The notes under the pieces: generated by a model
What the model saw: the letters and a program-made list of their open reading frames with translations, nothing else
What the model was told of the DNA's origin: nothing
Database searches by the model: none
Shown here: piece by piece, positions 1 through 8,165 of the stretch
How positions within the stretch are numbered: the first letter of the stretch is position 1
Layout of the letters: each line of letters starts with the position of its first letter
Translations under genes and position numbers: made by a program
Source of the DNA: an uncultured cyanobacterium
GTDB taxonomy: Bacteria > Cyanobacteriota > Cyanobacteriia > Cyanobacteriales > Nostocaceae
Reading direction: 5' to 3'
DNA: 64,000 nucleotides
Assembly: GCA_963706595.1 (NCBI GenBank)
Contig: OY970166.1
Coordinates: 4,160,001 to 4,224,000 of the forward strand

Positions 1-1119
1 ATCCAGATCAGATAAATCTGATCGTCCCAACACAATCCCAGTCAGCGCCGTGATTCCCTGTTGTAAAGTCTGTTGCATCAAACCGGGTTTTTCTGCTGTT
101 GTCTCGGAAGTACGAGTTTCTGCAATTAACCGATCCAGCTTGGCGTTGAGTTCATCTGTCTTCGTTTGTCCTGGGGGAAGTGACTTCAAATAGTTGACTA
201 ACTCACCTAAATTGTCTTGGATGGGTTTTTGCTGACCTACTACCTGCTGCCAAACATTGTATAGTGTATCGGCAATCCGGTTAACATCTCGTTTAGAAAG
301 GTCGGTGCGACTGCTAACTAAATCGATAAACCTTTGGCGGTCAATATTGCGGAGGTCTGGACTCCCCGCGATCGCTTGAAATTGTGGGTCTTTGAGTAAA
401 CCTTCAAAATCCCGGCGAATGTGGGATAAATCTAATTCTGGGGGACGTAGCTGTTCGAGGTAATCTTCGATATTTTCCCGAATACTACCAGGATCAACAA
501 CATGGCCTAATTCCCGACGCACAGCAGAGGCCGCAGCTTCCGCCGTTGCAACTACCTGCTGATTCACCGCTTTAGCACCTAATGCCGCCGTAGCAGTCCC
601 CATAATCGCCTGAAAACCGGAAGTGGCGGAATTGACCACCGAACCAACCAAGGAACCCACAGTAGTCGAACTCACCCACACCAGGAGCAAAAAGTATGCA
701 CCCCAAATGACTAATCCCAGAATTGCGCCCAGTCTGGGATCTAAAACCAGTAAACTTAATTTAACCGCGAGAAAGCAAGCAATTAATAAAGCGATCGTCA
801 CAGTCACTAATGTCCACAAACCCAGTGCTGTGCCAATTTTGCGAATCGTACCCCCGAAACTTCCCACTTCCCCCACAACTCCATCCGAGTCAGATGGCCG
901 CCCCAAGTAGGAAATACCAGCTGCGACGGAGAGGTTAGTTAATACTAATTGGAAAGCAAAAGCGAGGATTACACCGGAGATTAAAGCCACAAAAAAGCGC
1001 GGACCAGAATTGAGAACTGATGCTTGCGCCGGTGTAATCCCTGTGGGAACTACTGGAATCTGCGCCAACCATAATAGTGGCTTGTAGACTCCCACTATGT
1101 TTTCCGTACATTGAAACAT
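1..1119 (-). CDS. Conserved cyanobacterial membrane protein (often auto-annotated 'MFS transporter'), running off the window start
   Basis: Manual translation from ATG at 1119 (MFQCTENIVGVYKPLLWLAQIP...SGPRFFVALISGVILAFAFQLVLTNLSVAAGISY...) stays open to position 1; three N-terminal TM helices then a helical region; absent from ORF track because it has no stop in the window. Confidence 0.75.
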   Translation of the reverse strand, partial: MFQCTENIVGVYKPLLWLAQIPVVPTGITPAQASVLNSGPRFFVALISGVILAFAFQLVLTNLSVAAGISYLGRPSDSDGVVGEVGSFGGTIRKIGTALGLWTLVTVTIALLIACFLAVKLSLLVLDPRLGAILGLVIWGAYFLLLVWVSSTTVGSLVGSVVNSATSGFQAIMGTATAALGAKAVNQQVVATAEAAASAVRRELGHVVDPGSIRENIEDYLEQLRPPELDLSHIRRDFEGLLKDPQFQAIAGSPDLRNIDRQRFIDLVSSRTDLSKRDVNRIADTLYNVWQQVVGQQKPIQDNLGELVNYLKSLPPGQTKTDELNAKLDRLIAETRTSETTAEKPGLMQQTLQQGITALTGIVLGRSDLSDLD

Positions 1120-1460
1120 TATATTTCCTTATTCTAAGTTTAAATTTGGGGAGGATGAGAAATTTCATGAGCAGCCAGTAAACATCTATTTATCTGGTGT
1201 ATCTATGGCAATACCCAACTATTGCCAACTTTCAGAATCGTGGAATTTAGCTGTTGAAAGCATCCCCCTAAAGTTTGAAAAGTATATCTAGCGCGAGACA
1301 GAAGTTATTGAGCTAACAAGGTAAATTTTGAGCTAAATAGTAGCTATGAAGAACTAAAAATCTAATTTATTCGCGACTGCAAGGTAATATTTGAAAATTG
1401 CTGCTCACAACAAGTTTATTTGCTTAAATGCTAAAAACATTCTCCTTGCTCAAGTGTTAA

Positions 1461-1478
1461 TTTACATTTATTTATAAT
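1461..1478 (+). promoter_or_regulatory. Possible HLR1 (RpaB-binding) direct repeat upstream of hli genes
   Basis: TTTACATT-TA-TTTATAAT is a one-mismatch match to the (G/T)TTACA(T/A)(T/A)-N2 direct repeat, ~160 bp upstream of HLIP genes; AT-rich context lowers specificity. Confidence 0.3.
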
Positions 1479-1639
1479 TAGAATTTTCATCACCTCCTCA
1501 AGGTGGATTTACCCATACTTATAAATTTCTGATAATCGTCCCCAAGAGGTGTGTGTAGTTTGTACCTACAGATGGAAAGCAACTTACTGATTAAAAGGTA
1601 AATTTAAGTTAAGCAAATAAATGATTCAGGATAAAAAAC

Positions 1640-1852
1640 ATGGAAACTCGAGAAACTCGCCCTGCCACTGATTTACCACCAGTGGCTCTGGAATACAATG
1701 GTAGAGACCGCAATGCATTTATATTTGGCTTTAATCCTCAAGCCGAACTGTGGAATGGCCGCTTCGCAATGATTGGCTTTTTGGCTTACTTACTGTGGGA
1801 TTTAGCTGGATATAGCGTTCTGCGGGACGTGCTACATCTCATTGGTTATTAA
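1640..1852 (+). CDS. High light-inducible protein (HLIP / CAB-like)
   Basis: AELWNGRFAMIGF chlorophyll-binding motif, single TM helix, 70 aa. Confidence 0.93.
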   Translation: METRETRPATDLPPVALEYNGRDRNAFIFGFNPQAELWNGRFAMIGFLAYLLWDLAGYSVLRDVLHLIGY

Positions 1853-1893
1853 CGATTAAACATTCAATAATTAGTTTGATTTTGGAGTAAAAA

Positions 1894-2106
1894 ATGGAAA
1901 CTAGAGAAACTCGTCCTTCCAGTGATTTACCACCAGTTGCTAAAGCTTATAACGGTGTAGACCGTAACTCATTTCTGTTTGGTTTTAATCCTCAAGCCGA
2001 ACTGTGGAATGGTCGGCTAGCAATGATTGGCTTTTTGGCTTACTTACTGTGGGATTTAGCTGGATATAGTGTCTTACGGGACATACTCCACTTCATTAAA
2101 TATTAG
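1894..2106 (+). CDS. High light-inducible protein (HLIP), tandem paralogue
   Basis: AELWNGRLAMIGF motif; near-identical to the upstream HLIP. Confidence 0.93.
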   Translation: METRETRPSSDLPPVAKAYNGVDRNSFLFGFNPQAELWNGRLAMIGFLAYLLWDLAGYSVLRDILHFIKY

Positions 2107-2171
2107 TCATCAACATGGCATGAGGAGTTAAAATCTGACACTAATTAACTCCTCAATAATACAGATGTGAC

Positions 2172-2202
2172 AAGGCGGAACCGAAACTGGCGACCGCCTT
2201 TT
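2172..2202 (+). terminator. Putative intrinsic terminator after hli pair
   Basis: AAGGCGG...CCGCCTT stem followed by T-run. Confidence 0.55.
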
Positions 2203-2220
2203 GAATAGCTCTCTTTTTTT

Positions 2221-2331
2221 GGCGTTGCTGATTTGAAGTATGAACACCATTTTTGATGATCTCAAAACCCCTGTAGAGACGTTCCATGGAACGTCTCTAC
2301 ATTTAAATTAATACTTGGTTTCAGCAACGCC
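2221..2331. repeat. MITE-like dispersed repeat with internal palindrome
   Basis: TIR GGCGTTGCTGA/TCAGCAACGCC enclosing GTAGAGACGTTCCATGGAACGTCTCTAC; second copy at 6306-6424. Confidence 0.8.
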
Positions 2332-2345
2332 ATTTTTTGAGATGA

Positions 2346-2559
2346 TCAAAGAAGAAAACGCACCATTACATACAATGCTAAAGCCACCAGTTGCACAAGC
2401 ATGACTGGAATTCCATAACGGAGAAAAGTTTTAAAGGAAATGCGTCGTCCGTGTTGTTCAGCAATACCTGCGGCTACGATGTTAGAAGATGCTCCCACTA
2501 AAGTGCCATTTCCTCCCAAAGTCGCACCAAACATCATGGCATAAAACAGTGGTAGCACT
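2346..2559 (-). pseudogene. 3' remnant of ArsB/NhaD (CitMHS) family ion transporter
   Basis: C-terminal motif [39 protein letters not shown]; only ~70 codons remain, with a repeat element directly upstream. Confidence 0.85.
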
Positions 2560-2685
2560 AAATAGTGCATTAAACGTAGGTTGGGTTAAGCGCAGCGCAA
2601 CCCAACGCTGCCAATGATGTTGGGTTTCCTTACGTCAACCCAACCTACAATTTTTTGCAACATTTTAAGCTTGCCACGCCACTAC
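2560..2685. repeat. Truncated composite MITE-like repeat
   Basis: GTAGGTTGGGTT...AACCCAACCTAC hairpin plus one TIR end (CATTTTAAGCTTGCCACGCCACTA); same family as 13876-14020, 25941-26069 and 37960-38308. Confidence 0.75.
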
Positions 2686-2746
2686 ATTGAGGTGACTTTT
2701 TGGCAATTTTAATGGGATGAAAAATTACTAGCATCCAGCCCAGTCT

Positions 2747-3397
2747 TTATTCATCAATACAATTGGGTATACCCAAAACGGCACAGGGAAAATTAGAACC
2801 TAGTATTTGGATTAGGGGATGATTAACAGATTTACATCCCAAAAATAAGATATTAGCAGTTTCCAATTCCACAACTTTTTTAAGTTCTGTAGCAACGCAA
2901 CCAAACCGCAGATGAGATTTAAAATCACCCTGCCATTCTTCAGCTAGGCTTCGTGCTTGCCAAAGAATTCTGTCCGCTTCTTGGACAGGAGTAATGGTTT
3001 TTTCTGCTAAAAATTGGGTGATTCCTCTTAATTTGGATTGAGTTAAGACCGGGATATCTGACTTTGATACTGCACTTACTGAACACTCTAAAGTCGGCAG
3101 AGTTTTTGTACAACTCAACACATCTGTAACCTGATTATAATCATGATTTTCTACCACATAAACGGCTTGCACGTTCACTGGTGCATTTGTAGCTAAACGC
3201 GTTTGGTGGGCAATGCAGAAGGCTAAATCGAGTGCAGTATGACTATTAGGCGAAGCATCATAAGCAACGATTAAGTTAACAGCTTGAACTTCTGGAGAAA
3301 AAGGTTTTTTTGGCTCTGGTAATAATACCATTTGCTCAATTAAGTCATCTCGACCGATGGCGCTTTGCAAACGCACTAACATGGGCTTTATTTTCAC
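2747..3397 (-). CDS. Universal stress protein (USP)
   Basis: NLIVAYDASPNSHTALDLA N-terminal USP motif, G..ATELKKVV...LFLG C-terminal motif; GTG start. Confidence 0.85.
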   Translation of the reverse strand: MKIKPMLVRLQSAIGRDDLIEQMVLLPEPKKPFSPEVQAVNLIVAYDASPNSHTALDLAFCIAHQTRLATNAPVNVQAVYVVENHDYNQVTDVLSCTKTLPTLECSVSAVSKSDIPVLTQSKLRGITQFLAEKTITPVQEADRILWQARSLAEEWQGDFKSHLRFGCVATELKKVVELETANILFLGCKSVNHPLIQILGSNFPCAVLGIPNCIDE

Positions 3398-3532
3398 AAT
3401 TTGAACTTCTCCCCAAAGAAACGCATGGTGAATGAGAAGTAGGTTAAAAACGGATAACCCCTATCCCAGAGGATAAACAAGTCATATCCGCAAAGAAACC
3501 CCAATAACAACTGGTGTTAAAGCCAAAGTTTT

Positions 3533-3619
3533 GGGAGTTCCTTCCATTGCCGACGGAGTTAGCTGACGGGCTAAGACTGGAAGGTGTCTCTCGTTAAGAT
3601 TAGCCCCAAACATTGGTTC
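3533..3619 (-). ncRNA. c-di-AMP (ydaO/yuaA) riboswitch, 3' portion (split by IS)
   Basis: Minus strand reads GAACCAATGTTTGGGGCTAATC...CCCGTCAGCTAACTCCGTCGGC, the conserved ydaO core, upstream of the USP/ion transporter genes. Confidence 0.88.
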
Positions 3620-4885
3620 CTGCTATATAACACCTAGACAAGTCTAGACATTATTTAACGTTTCACAGGGTAGCGTCGGCGCAATTAACCCTCCACGTTC
3701 AGACACGGGTAAGCCCTCCGTGTTTCTTGCGTAATTATTTAAGTTGATCGCCGCATTTAAATCACGATCTAAGCTATGTCCACAATTCGCACAGTTAAAT
3801 GTCCTTTCTTTTAAAGGCATTTCTTGTTTGTGTCCACAATTAGAGCAAGTTTTGCTGGATGGATACCAACGGTCAACAACTACTAACTTAGATCCAAACT
3901 TAGTGCATTTATATTCTAACTGTCTTCTAAACTCATAAAAACTAGCATCGGAAATAGCACCAGCTAATTTGTGATTAGACAACATACCCTGAACATTTAA
4001 ATTTTCAATAGCTACAACTGCGTGGTTTTTGCAAATATGTGTTGTAGCTTTGTGGGTATTATCTAACCTAATGTCAGATACACGTTTGTGAGTTTTTGCA
4101 ATTAAGTTTTTCTGCTTTCTATACCTGTGAGATGCTTTCTCTTTGCGTTGTAGTTTTCTTTGCCGTCTTGCTAGTAACTTTTTAGCTTTTCTGTAAGCCT
4201 TTGGGTTTTCAATTACAACGCCAGTAGACAGCGTAGCTAAGGCTTTGATTCCCAAGTCAACACCTACAGATGGGTAGGATTTGACATTTGACTCTGTAAC
4301 TACATCATAAGTGAAAGCTATGTACCAATCACCAGCACCCTTACTAATAGTTATTGATTTGCAAGTAGTATGTGGCAGAAATTCATAAGTTTTTACCCAG
4401 CCAATCGTAGGTAATTTTATTGATTTACCGCCTACATGAATAGGTTTGCCACTGGCATCTATAGTAAAACTATCGTTGACATCTTTTTTCTTGAATCTTG
4501 GGTAATCACCTCTTTTCTCAAAAAAGTTTTTAAATGCTTTGCCAAGATTGTCAAAAGCATATTGAGTAATTTTTTGACAAATACCTTTTTCTTTAATCCA
4601 GGATAGTGCTGTCTTTACCTGGTTATTAAAGAACTTTTTCAAAATGAAGTGATTGGGTTTAAACCCATCTTGATACAATGCTGTCCAGGTAGCTAAACCC
4701 CAATTGTAGGTAAACCTGGATATACCCGCGTGTTTACTCATTGATTGCTTTTGGGCATCCGTAAGATTGAGTTTAGTTTTCCTGGATAGCAGCATTGTTC
4801 GACCTCAATTACTGATATATTCGGATTTTACACTTTTGTACATAGATGTAGATTAATGTCTAGTTTATTGAGGTCTAGTAGTAAG
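3620..4885 (-). mobile_element. Non-autonomous IS607-type element (tnpB only)
   Basis: Subterminal CTAGAC-type short repeats at both ends, no room for tnpA, AG dinucleotide at both junctions; removing it restores riboswitch CGGAG-GAACC. Confidence 0.8.
3644..4795 (-). CDS. tnpB: RNA-guided endonuclease TnpB
   Basis: RuvC-I VGVDLGIK, RuvC-II AIENLNV, Zn finger CSNCG...CANCG, RuvC-III DRDLNAAIN all intact. Confidence 0.95.
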   Translation of the reverse strand: MLLSRKTKLNLTDAQKQSMSKHAGISRFTYNWGLATWTALYQDGFKPNHFILKKFFNNQVKTALSWIKEKGICQKITQYAFDNLGKAFKNFFEKRGDYPRFKKKDVNDSFTIDASGKPIHVGGKSIKLPTIGWVKTYEFLPHTTCKSITISKGAGDWYIAFTYDVVTESNVKSYPSVGVDLGIKALATLSTGVVIENPKAYRKAKKLLARRQRKLQRKEKASHRYRKQKNLIAKTHKRVSDIRLDNTHKATTHICKNHAVVAIENLNVQGMLSNHKLAGAISDASFYEFRRQLEYKCTKFGSKLVVVDRWYPSSKTCSNCGHKQEMPLKERTFNCANCGHSLDRDLNAAINLNNYARNTEGLPVSERGGLIAPTLPCETLNNV

Positions 4886-4930
4886 CTCCGTTCCAAATCC
4901 AGTTTTGATGAATTTGAATTAGGCTACCCA
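4886..4930 (-). ncRNA. c-di-AMP riboswitch, 5' portion
   Basis: Minus strand GCCTAATTC...GGAACGGAG; CGGAG is complementary to CTCCG (3554-3558) in the 3' portion. Confidence 0.75.
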
Positions 4931-5040
4931 CTAAATAAATAATAGTCTAATTTAACACTAATTTCGTTGATTTGTACTAGACTCGCTAAAATCATTGTAT
5001 ATGTAAGTTTACTCATCTACTCCAGACGCACTTTAAAATA

Positions 5041-6228
5041 ATGGATTTTAGTCTTTTCCTGGCTGAAAATACTGAGATTATTCTCAAAAAATGGGTTGCC
5101 GCAGTTCTTAAAGATAGAAAAATTGAAAGTGCTGAAGACTTACCTTATACAGCAATCCAAAATGACCTTCCAGATGTGTTAGAAGCAATGGTAACAGTGC
5201 TTTCTAAGTCTCAGGGTAGTGATATTCAGTCTATAGTTACGGCTAGTTGGCATCATGGAATACTTCGGGCTAAACAAGGTTTTGATCCAGCCGAAATTAC
5301 TCATGAATACCATTTACTAAGAATGGTAATCTTTGATACTCTTGAAGCTGAGTTATTGAAGGGAAGTCCTTCAGAAATTATCCGTTCTATGCGTTTAATT
5401 GATGCTGTGATCGACGAAGCGATCGCTCAGTGTGTTAATAGTTATATTGAAGAACGCTTACAGGAATTTAAGCAGTTGTATTCGTCATTAGTGCTGCATA
5501 ATCAGCAACTCAATCGCTTAGTGATCGCCAATCAAGATCATATTTCTCAACTCGCCCATGATCTCAAACATCCTTTAAGTTCAATTATTGGGTACTCAGA
5601 TTTATTTTTACGCCAACAACGAAAAAAGCCAGAACTAAAAGACAACTACGCCAATATTGAACATATTGAGCGCGTGCTACGCAATGGGAGACAATTACTC
5701 CGTTTAATTAACGATGTCCTCGAAATTTCGCGGTTTGATGCCGGACAAACAAAACTTCATCCAGCATTGATTAATGTCCGTGAGTTAATCGACAATGTGT
5801 GTGAGATGTTGCAGCCTTTAGCTGACGAAAAAAAATTACCAATGGTGGTCGATTACGATAGTATCCCTCAACAAGTAGTCACAGATGAATTTCAATTACA
5901 ACAGATTATAATCAATCTGGTGAGTAATGCGATTCGATATACAGAGTCTGGGACTATTAGCATCCAATGCCACTTACTGGATAATAATCAGTGGTCGATT
6001 GCAGTTTCCGATACAGGAATTGGCATTACGCCAGAAAACCAAATTCAAATCTTTCAACCCTACTTTCGCGCTAATTCGGGTAATCGGTCTTATCTTCCTG
6101 ATAGTACTGGGTTAGGATTAGCAATAGTATCGCGTTTGGTAAAATTATTACAAGGTAAAATTGATGTAGTTTCCGAAGTAGAAGTAGGTTCTACTTTTAC
6201 AGTAACTATGCCTTTAGAATTGGAATAG
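5041..6228 (+). CDS. Soluble sensor histidine kinase (RsbRD-N-like N-terminus, HisKA, HATPase)
   Basis: H-box LAHDLKHPL, N-box NLVSNAIRY, DTGIGI and GLGLAIV G-boxes; no adjacent response regulator. Confidence 0.9.
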   Translation: MDFSLFLAENTEIILKKWVAAVLKDRKIESAEDLPYTAIQNDLPDVLEAMVTVLSKSQGSDIQSIVTASWHHGILRAKQGFDPAEITHEYHLLRMVIFDTLEAELLKGSPSEIIRSMRLIDAVIDEAIAQCVNSYIEERLQEFKQLYSSLVLHNQQLNRLVIANQDHISQLAHDLKHPLSSIIGYSDLFLRQQRKKPELKDNYANIEHIERVLRNGRQLLRLINDVLEISRFDAGQTKLHPALINVRELIDNVCEMLQPLADEKKLPMVVDYDSIPQQVVTDEFQLQQIIINLVSNAIRYTESGTISIQCHLLDNNQWSIAVSDTGIGITPENQIQIFQPYFRANSGNRSYLPDSTGLGLAIVSRLVKLLQGKIDVVSEVEVGSTFTVTMPLELE

Positions 6229-6305
6229 TTGAACTTTTGAAAATATTCTTTATTTTTGGTGGCTAGTCTTTTTATGAAAAATCTAGAAAGACTAGACAAA
6301 ATTCA

Positions 6306-6424
6306 GACGTTGCTGATTTGAAGTATCAACATATCAACACGATTTGTGATCATGTCAAAACCCCTGTAGAGACATTCCATGTAACGTCTCTAAATTTAAA
6401 TTCATACTTGGTTTCAGCAACACC
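6306..6424. repeat. MITE-like repeat, diverged copy of 2221-2331
   Basis: GACGTTGCTGA...TCAGCAACACC ends, degenerate internal palindrome. Confidence 0.75.
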
Positions 6425-6479
6425 AAAATTCGGATTGTTATATATTTGTGGGGAATATTTATAATTTTATAACTGCGTA

Positions 6480-8114
6480 ATGCTAGAAAGTTTGATCTTA
6501 ATCTTGCTGATCGGCTTTTTTGTGGGACAAATTGCCCGACGGCTGAAAGCCCCTGCACTAGTAGGCATGGTTTTGGTGGGAATTATACTGGGACCTCAAG
6601 TTGCTGACCTAATCAGCCCTGATGTACTGGCAGCGTCTGCTCCTTTGCGAACGATCGCTGTCATGGTAATTTTGATGAAGGCAGGCTTAGGTTTAGACCG
6701 GGAAAAACTGGTACAACAAGGAACAGTAGCACTGCGATTAGGGTTTCTGCCTGCGGCGTGTGAAGCCCTATGTATTGCCTTCGCTGCCATCTGGATTTTT
6801 AAATTCGACTTTGCCACCGGGCTATTGCTAGGTTGTATCATTGGCGCAGAGTCACCGGCGGTGATTGTACCGGGAATGCTGCGACTAAAAAGTTTGGGTT
6901 GGGGAGTTCAAAAGGGGATACCTGATGCCATCCTCACTGGTAGTGCGTTGTCAGATGTATTACTACTGCTATTATTTAGTTTGTTATTGAACTTTTTAGC
7001 ACAAGGACCAACTGCCACAATCACCTTGCCTTTAGGTTTCACCCTGAGTGCAGTTCAAATTCTGCCTCTTCAAATTATTTGCCAAATTGTTTTGGGAATC
7101 GGACTGGGTTTAGTGACCGCAAGGCTTTTGGTGTTGTTGCTGACGCAGCAGAACTGGACTCAAAATGCAGTTCAAGATAGCCTAGTTGCAGCCAGTTTAG
7201 CGTTGTTGCTAGTAGTAATGGCAGAAAAATTACCCTTCTTCTCTGGCTATTTGGCAGTAATGGCAACAGGATTTTTCTTGATTGAGTTGGATGCTCCTTT
7301 AGCACGACGGTTGCGTTCTGGCTTCGATAGCCTGTGGACTATAGCAGAAATCGTTTTATTTGTGTTGTTAGGGGCAAGTATTCAATTACAAGTGTTAGAA
7401 AAAACGCTGCTCCCAGGATTGGTAATTCTGGCAATGGGGACGTTGATCGGACGCGCTCTGGGATGGTATTTATCTACATTAGGGAGTAACTGGAATTGGC
7501 GGGAGCGAATGTTTTTGCTGCCAGGGAATTCGGCTAAAGCAACCGTTCAAGCCGCAATCGGGGCGATTCCCTTAGCAGAGGGAATTCCGGGTGGTGAGAC
7601 AATTCTGGCGATCGCAGCTTTATCTATCCTCGTCACAGCCCCCTTGGGAGCTTGGGCTATTCCCACTTTTGCACCAAAATTGCTAGAGCGGGGCGAGGTT
7701 GATCCCACAAAGGTGGCGATCGCTCGGCGGATTCTCATCCTAGCTGCTGTTGATACCTCCCCTCTAGCTCGTCAGGTATTAACTAAAGCGGCTGAACTTG
7801 CCCGTCGTAGTGATGCCGAAGTGATTGTATTACATATCATTTGCAGCAACGATCCTCAAGAAGTAGAGGATCTGCGACAAAAAACTCAACGACTTTTAGC
7901 AGACATCCGCCATCAGTTCATTGCTATTACAGGCTCAATTCCAGAGGAAATTATCCGTGTGGCTCAGGACTATCAAGTTGCTGATCTTGTCATGGGTAAG
8001 CGAGGACATCAATCTTGGCATCAAGTTCTTGTGGGTTCTGTCTCCCAGGCAGTATTGGCATCCAGCCCGATTCCTGTGATTTTAGTTGAGGATGATCGTA
8101 TTAGGACTGACTAA
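6480..8114 (+). CDS. Cation:proton antiporter with C-terminal USP domain
   Basis: About 12 TM helices, AESPAVIVP and KATVQAAIG motifs; C-terminal ILAAVDTS...VMGKRG...VGSVS USP motif. Confidence 0.9.
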   Translation: MLESLILILLIGFFVGQIARRLKAPALVGMVLVGIILGPQVADLISPDVLAASAPLRTIAVMVILMKAGLGLDREKLVQQGTVALRLGFLPAACEALCIAFAAIWIFKFDFATGLLLGCIIGAESPAVIVPGMLRLKSLGWGVQKGIPDAILTGSALSDVLLLLLFSLLLNFLAQGPTATITLPLGFTLSAVQILPLQIICQIVLGIGLGLVTARLLVLLLTQQNWTQNAVQDSLVAASLALLLVVMAEKLPFFSGYLAVMATGFFLIELDAPLARRLRSGFDSLWTIAEIVLFVLLGASIQLQVLEKTLLPGLVILAMGTLIGRALGWYLSTLGSNWNWRERMFLLPGNSAKATVQAAIGAIPLAEGIPGGETILAIAALSILVTAPLGAWAIPTFAPKLLERGEVDPTKVAIARRILILAAVDTSPLARQVLTKAAELARRSDAEVIVLHIICSNDPQEVEDLRQKTQRLLADIRHQFIAITGSIPEEIIRVAQDYQVADLVMGKRGHQSWHQVLVGSVSQAVLASSPIPVILVEDDRIRTD

Positions 8115-8165
8115 ATGTGCCAGAAATTGCTATGCTAAAAATCGAGACTCGTTATTGTGCCAACC

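Noticed and set aside
623..1168. ORF-track entries 623..910 (+) and 935..1168 (-)
   Set aside because: Antisense or out-of-frame shadows of the real minus-strand gene starting at 1119
3620..4885. IStron (group I intron-IS chimera) that could splice out of the riboswitch
   Set aside because: Only ~90 bp precede tnpB, too little for a group I intron core
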